This document shows positions 58,432 to 64,000 of a stretch of DNA of 64,000 nucleotides, one piece after another. The stretch's first letter is position 1; the number at the start of each line of letters is the position of its first letter. Made by a program: the position numbers and the translations under genes. Under the pieces are notes generated by a model. That model was given only the letters and a program-made list of their open reading frames with translations. It ran no database searches and had not been told where the DNA came from. Source of the stretch: a virus; the IMG/VR virus record IMGVR_UViG_3300036820_000004, positions 55,754-119,753 of that record. One strand, given 5' to 3'.

Positions 58432-61400
58432 CAGAACGGTGCCTCCGTGTCGTAGGTCTCGCCCTCGGGAAGCACCCAGGGATCGGGTGGCGGGCAATCG
58501 CACGCAGCGTTGAAGTGCTCGTCCGCGCAGTGCTGCCAGTACGCTTCGGCTTCCCAGTCGGGCTCGTCGCGATCGGGCTGGGAGTCAGTGTCACCCCAGT
58601 CGTCGATGTCGGTCACGCGCCCTCCCCGGTGTCGTAGCGGCAGACGGCGACCAGGGAGTCAGCGGGAAAGCAGCACGGCAGCCAGTTTCCTTCCACATCG
58701 ACATGCACCACGGCGGCCCCGTTCGGCAGCGTCCCGCGCTCGGCGCTGGCCAGGATCTTCCACCGGCCGGCATGCACGATCAGGTCTCCGGGGAAGACCA
58801 GGAACTCGCCTGCACTGTCGGTCCAGGTGAGGATCATGTCGCGGACCGCGCTCGGCGGGCAGGAGAGCGGGGTGCCGGTGGTGGTGGTGGTCATGGCGAG
58901 CACCCTCCTTCACAGGTTTCCGGGCCGCAACCGCAGGCGTCGCAGTCAAGGCACCACTCGTCAGGCGCCCAGCCGCAATCGGGACAGCAGGCGCAGGGGC
59001 GGATGTGGCAGCGAAGGCACTCGGATTCCGTGGTGTGCACGATCTGGGCCTCGCGCCGGGTTGCCTCAGCGTGAGCCTCGCGGAACTGGCGGCGCTGCGG
59101 CTCGGTGAAGTTCCAGGGCTCAGTGGTGGTGGTCATCGGGAAGCCTCCTCGGCAGCGCGCTTGTGAGCCCTCTCGCACGCAGACGGGCTCTTGGACCGGC
59201 ATGACGAGCACAGCCGGTCGTGACTGTCGGCGGGGACGTGAAGGCCGTGGCGGGAGTGGCACCAGCAGCCGGGTGACGCGGCAGCGTCTTCGGTATCCGC
59301 CGGCTCAGGCATACCCGGGTACCAGCCCTCACGCGTGCAGGTCATCGCGGCGTCCGAGTCCTCATGGCACCAGTCGTCGTCGAAGCCCCAGCGGCCAGGC
59401 TTGCCGCATTCCGGGCACGGGCTCGGCGCGCTCACCGGCTTGCCTCCAGTTCCCTCATCTTCGCCAGCGTGGAGCGGTTGGCCGAGAGCAAGCCGCCGAA
59501 CGGGGCTGCGCCAGCGAGATCACCGTCCCGGACGTAGCCCTCGTGGACCGGGGTGTCTGCGTCGATGGACTTGCACAGGTAGTCCTTGAGTTCGGCCCAG
59601 CGCTGTTCGGCGGTCACCGGTCAGCCTCCGCATCCGGGGTGGTGGCCGCTGGCCTGTGTTCCGGGCAGCGGTCGCCCTCATCGGCACCGCCGGCGGCGAC
59701 CCGCGTCCAGCCCTTCTGTGCCGCAACCCAGCGGGCAGTCTCAAAGTCCCCGGCCGCGACTTCGAGATTCTGCATGCAGGTGATAACGGCGCCCGCGTCC
59801 CCGGCTGGCGAGTCCTGGTGGTCACACCAAAGGCGCACTGCGTTGTAGGCGGTCACCGGTCAGCCTCCGTGTCCACGGGCTCGTGGTTGTGCTCGCAGCC
59901 GTCGCAGCAGTCCGGGCAGAGCAACCAGCCGGGCTCCTCGCATGAGGCGCAAGGACGCCCGTCACCTACGCCGGCGGCCACGATCACCGTCACGGCGGAC
60001 GGCGACAGGCGCTTGATCATCTTCACGTCCCACGCTGCCGGGTGCTCGGCGCAGCGCGGGTAGGTCTCCCACTCGCCCCGCAGGGTCCGGGCGTAAAGGA
60101 TCTCCGTGGTCTCGTTCTGGCACGGGGCGTTCACGTTCTTGCTGCACAGGGTGGCCATCGTCAGTCCTCCCAGCCCTTGACGACCTCGGCCAGGGCCTCG
60201 GCCTGCGCCAGCGTGAGGCGGTGACCGTGGCCCAGCGAGATCCTGCGCTCACGCAACACCGCCATGGCCGCCTTCCCGCGCTCCGCGCGCTCCACTTCGT
60301 CCAGCGTCATGACGTACCGGTGCTCGTAGGCGTCGTTCCTGGCGCCAGTTTCACGACGGAACGTGTCCGTGGAGCCGGGATGTGCCCCCCCGTACCGGAC
60401 GTGGATCAGCTTCGGCCCGGCCTTGACGACCTCGCCGGCCCAGCCCCCTTCGGGCTGCCCGACGCGCTTGCCGTTCACGTCGAAGACGCGGACCTCGTCG
60501 CCCACCTCGTAGCCGCTCACCGGTCACCCCTCGCATAGACGGTTAGCGGCGGCAGCCCGAATGCGGCCCGCTCAGCATCGAACCGGGCATCCCGGTCCTC
60601 CTCGCTTTCCTCGGCGAGGGCAGCGGCGCACCGGCCACCATCCGGGTTCACCTCAATGTCGCAGCCAGTACCGCAGTCCATGCAGCAACGAGACGAGCAG
60701 CCGGGTGCGTCGCAGCCGGTGTCGTACAACGGCTCCTCGCACTCCGGGCAGTTGTCCGGGCCGATGGCGAATTCTTCGGCCTCGGTGTCGTAATAGACAG
60801 CCATTGCTCAGTCCTCCGTGTCAGGGGTGGTGGCCGACGGGTCGATCCGCGTGCGCCCCCGGCTGTAGTGCGGGATCGGATCCTTTATGAACCGCCCGTT
60901 CTCGCCAACCGCATTAACTCGGTAGCCCGGCCAGTCCAGGTAGCCGAACGCGTCCTGCATCTCTTCCAGCAGGGTCACGAACTTCGCCTGCCAGGGATCG
61001 GGCATCGACTGGAGCACCGAGCGTGGCAGAACGAGGTAGCTGGCGTAGGTCAGCCCGAACCAAGTGTGGATCGCCTCGAAAGGCTCGGTGATTTCGTCGT
61101 GATCAATGGTGGCCATCGGTCAGCGCTCCTCAGTCTCGATCTGCGCGTCCCACCAGCCCCGGTCGTAGCCGTGGCCATAGGCGGTGTTCTCCGGCTGCTC
61201 CCACCGCCCCGCGAGGTAGTCAGCGTGGCCGGACTGCCGCCCGCGCCGGTACTCCTCTTCGGTGCGGGCTAGCAGAGCCGGGTCGGAGACGGTCATGGTC
61301 ATGGGTCAGCCCTTCACGATCACGGGCTTGGAGATCTCCAGCGACATGTGATCCCGCAGCCACGAATGCTGCTCAAGTGCCTCGGTCAGTTCGCGGCGCA

Positions 61401-61970
61401 AGCGCGCCCGGATCTCCATGGAGACGAACCCGCTGCCGTGGGCATCGGCGTACGCCTGCTCCTGCTCGGGTGTCAGGGTCACGGTGACCATGGCCGAGAC
61501 CTTGATCTCGTCGTAAGGGGCGTCGTAGTCAGGCACCGGTCAGTCCTCCGCCTTCAGGCGCCGCTGGTACTCGGCGCCGGTCCACAGCAGCAGTTCCAGC
61601 GAGGTGTCCGGGTCAGCCTTGAGCGCGTCCCACAAGAGCAGCAGCGAGCGAGCGTCCAGGGTGCGGGCGCGGGCCTTGAAGGCTGCCGTCTTGTTGGCGG
61701 TGCTCACCGGTCGTCCTCCTCGTCCGTTTCCTTCGCGATCTCGTCGCAGATCCGTGCCGCCACGGCCTCGACGCGGGCGATCCGCGCCGGGTCACCTGAC
61801 TCCCAGTCCCGCTGAAGCTCTGACTTCCTGTCGTGACGGAGGCGCCAGCGGAGCCATGCGTTCTCGGCCAGAAGACGGCGGCGGTGCAGGGTGCCCATCG
61901 GTGCTCCTCGGTCGTCTGGTTGCGTCTCCCCGCTCCCCGGCGGGCAGCGAACCCGCCGGGTGTGCTCTCG

Positions 61971-62012
61971 TGGCCGTCCGGGGGCTCGAACCCCGGTGTT
62001 TTCCAGCCGGCC
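61971..62012 (-). ncRNA. tRNA-like mini-helix (acceptor stem plus T arm)
   Basis: GGCCGGC-UGGAAAACAC-CGGGG-UUCGAGC-CCCCG-GACGGCC-A. Confidence 0.55.
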
Positions 62013-62221
62013 TGTGTGCTCTATCGCTGCACGAAGTAGAAGGTGCGCCCGTATGGGCGGCGGTTGCGGGTGACGATGGTCCGTGCGGCGGTGCGGATGA
62101 GGTCTTCGCGGCGGTACCCGGCTGCGATCAGCTCGCGCTCGGTGATGAACGGGTGAGCCTCGATGTACCTTGCGATCTCGATCATCAGGTCGTTCATTGG
62201 GCGCTCCCTGCTTGCTTGTGC

Positions 62222-62290
62222 GTGCATATGCAATCTAGTACGCTGTGCATATGCAAGTCAAGCCGGATTCCGGAAGTCGCGCATATGCAT
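62222..62290. promoter_or_regulatory. divergent promoter region with three GCATATGC palindromic operators
   Basis: TGCATATGCA at 62223 and 62246, GCATATGCA at 62281; leftward TTGACT-18-TAGATT. Confidence 0.75.
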
Positions 62291-62307
62291 CCGCTACGAT
62301 CAGCGGC

Positions 62308-62502
62308 GTGATCAGCCGCGCCCAGGACACCCACTTGCCCAACCGCGTCGTCCGCCTCGGTGATGAGTGGGACGAGCTCGCCGAGGCCGCCGGGAAGCAC
62401 AAGCGCGCCGCTGTCATCCGGCAGCTCGTTCGCTGGTATCTGCGCTATCCCGGCGCCAAGCTCCCCGAACGCCCTCCGCGCCCTTCCCCTCGGCGCGATT
62501 GA
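62308..62502 (+). CDS. ribbon-helix-helix-like DNA-binding protein
   Basis: NRVVRLGDEWDELAEAA...RAAVIRQLVRWYL. Confidence 0.65.
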   Translation: MISRAQDTHLPNRVVRLGDEWDELAEAAGKHKRAAVIRQLVRWYLRYPGAKLPERPPRPSPRRD

Positions 62503-62507
62503 GCCCT

Positions 62508-62837
62508 TCACCACGAGCCCCGGATCTTGCGCGCAACCGCGTCCCGGACCGCCTCTTCGTACGCCCGGCAACCCTCGCAAAGTTCGTCCTCGCAGTGCTC
62601 CCCTGCTACCTGGTCGCCACCATGCCGGACAGCGGCCAGGGACACAGCAGCGAGGACAGACTGCGCGTAGCCGTGCCGCCAGCATGGCTCGCAACTGCAA
62701 TCGTGGAAGTGGCTGTCAGGACGCTTCGAGGAGTCCCGGATCGCCTGGGTGATGTCGGCTGTCAGCTGCTCGACGACCAGTGCCTGGTGCTGGCGGAGCA
62801 TGAAGTCGATGGCGTGCTGTTTGAGCCGGCCGGTCAT
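62508..62837 (-). CDS. hypothetical protein
   Basis: 109-aa ORF coupled to the methyltransferase. Confidence 0.5.
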   Translation of the reverse strand: MTGRLKQHAIDFMLRQHQALVVEQLTADITQAIRDSSKRPDSHFHDCSCEPCWRHGYAQSVLAAVSLAAVRHGGDQVAGEHCEDELCEGCRAYEEAVRDAVARKIRGSW

Positions 62838-63523
62838 GCCGCACGCTCCCCCAGGTGCTGAAGCAACTGGGCGCCGATGAACTCGGTGTAGGCAGGCGGA
62901 ATGGCCTCAGCGAGCTCGTCGCGGGTCATCCAGTTGATCTCCATTGCCTCGCGGGCAAGGGCGATCGGGGCGCAGTTTCCCTCAACCGAGATGACCGTTC
63001 CGGGCACCCAGTGACCGGCTTTGCTGGCCGGGGTCAGGTGGCGCGGGTGGTGCGGTGCGGCGACCGGGAAGTTCGTCTCGAAATAGCGGTGCCGGTACAA
63101 CGGGCGGCCGAACATGGCACCGCACAGCATCACGCCATTGGCACCGAACAGGTCATCCTGGCCCGGCAGGCCGGCGCCCTCGACGTTCTCCATGACCCAC
63201 GGGCCGCCCCATTCGGTGAGCCGCTCACGCATGGGGTCGATGAGGTCGGGATAGGTCTCGGCCAGGCCGGGCCGGCAGTTCGACATGCGGGACTTGCGCT
63301 GGCATGGCGGGGACGCGTGCACCGCGTCGAACCCGTCGAGCGGGAACGTCATCGCGTCGGCCTGGACGAACCGGAATGGGTAATTCGGCTGCGGGACCAG
63401 GTCAACGCCGACGACTTCCCAACCAGCTCGGTAGTAGCCGGTCGAACAGCCGCCCGCGCTACAGCACAGGTCCACCAGTGTCGGGCACCACGCAGCGTCC
63501 CTGGTGACGGCTGACCTGGTCAC
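62834..63523 (-). CDS. C5 DNA cytosine methyltransferase-like (short form)
   Basis: VDLCCSAGG, ASPPCQ, MENV, RHRYFE. Confidence 0.8.
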   Translation of the reverse strand: MTRSAVTRDAAWCPTLVDLCCSAGGCSTGYYRAGWEVVGVDLVPQPNYPFRFVQADAMTFPLDGFDAVHASPPCQRKSRMSNCRPGLAETYPDLIDPMRERLTEWGGPWVMENVEGAGLPGQDDLFGANGVMLCGAMFGRPLYRHRYFETNFPVAAPHHPRHLTPASKAGHWVPGTVISVEGNCAPIALAREAMEINWMTRDELAEAIPPAYTEFIGAQLLQHLGERAA

Positions 63524-64000
63524 AGCACCTCCGTGAGCGCTTGACCGAGCCACTGCGCAACATTGGCGCTGACCGCGTTGCCGGCTTGCATCGTCTGCTC
63601 GCCTTGGTTGCCAGTGACGATGTAGGTGTCGTGGAAGCGCTGTGCGCGCAAGTGCTCGCGGGGCTTGAGCATCCGCAGGCGGCACTCGGCGACGTCGGAC
63701 AGGTCGTCGGGCTGGACGAGGGCCGCGGAGTCGCGGGTGGCCAGGGTGTGCAGCGGCTCGCCGGTCGTGCTGGCACGGGAGCGCTTGCCGCGGTAGGGCA
63801 CGACCAGGGCGTGCGTGTCGCTGGCCGTCACGGTCCCGATCGGCCCGCTGATCGATTCGATGTTCCGCTCGGGCGAGCAGTAGCCGCCGTAGTTCTTGAT
63901 GACGAACGGCGGCGTGGTCAGCCAGTGGTGACAGTAGGTCGCGATGCTCGACACCGGCTCATCGGTCCCCATGGCCGTCTGGTTGTTTCGCAGGACCGTA
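63520..64000 (-). CDS. C5 DNA cytosine methyltransferase, C-terminal part (runs off window)
   Basis: RMLKPRE..RAQRF...QAGNAV (motifs IX-X). Confidence 0.8.
   Translation of the reverse strand, partial: TVLRNNQTAMGTDEPVSSIATYCHHWLTTPPFVIKNYGGYCSPERNIESISGPIGTVTASDTHALVVPYRGKRSRASTTGEPLHTLATRDSAALVQPDDLSDVAECRLRMLKPREHLRAQRFHDTYIVTGNQGEQTMQAGNAVSANVAQWLGQALTEVL

Larger units (their letters stand above)
55730..62200 (-). other. leftward early region of many small hypothetical genes (e.g. 55938-56195, 56758-57156, 57342-57815, 59614-59856, 59853-60158, 60161-60520, 60517-60804, 60808-61116, 61306-61536)
   Basis: Head-to-tail short reverse ORFs with GGAGG-type RBS and stop/start overlaps. Confidence 0.7.

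Noticed and set aside
57817-58503. 228-aa fused ORF
   Set aside because: Better explained as two small genes joined by one extra base at 58310-58313.
1-64000. CRISPR array, rRNA or full-length tRNA
   Set aside because: No regularly spaced repeats or complete cloverleaf seen.

Overview
This 64 kb window is part of a high-GC temperate tailed phage or prophage, probably of an actinomycete host. No host genes are visible and the terminase lies outside the window. The + strand (to ~48 kb) carries the virion module: a portal-MuF polyprotein, a DUF2829/Tad2-like gene, a prohead protease-scaffold, the major capsid protein, decoration proteins, a glycosyltransferase/methyltransferase cluster, head-tail and tail genes and lysis genes. 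A large serine integrase, regulators and a leftward early region follow. The standout is an intein in the MuF domain (5131-6291) with no sense-strand nuclease. Instead, a five-zinc-finger DUF559/Vsr-like endonuclease is encoded on the antisense strand inside it, with both strands open. The capsid gene is split by three ORF-less group I introns, including a 21-nt micro-exon, and splicing restores a 614-aa frame. Other highlights are AT-rich synonymous patches in conserved virion genes, a tyrosine recombinase coupled to a small protein resembling its own catalytic box II, a tnpB-only IS200/IS605 element with resolvable ends, a tRNA-like mini-helix and a GH135-like tail domain. All calls are by-eye motif recognition; no searches were run. 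A few single-base frameshifts may be sequencing errors.
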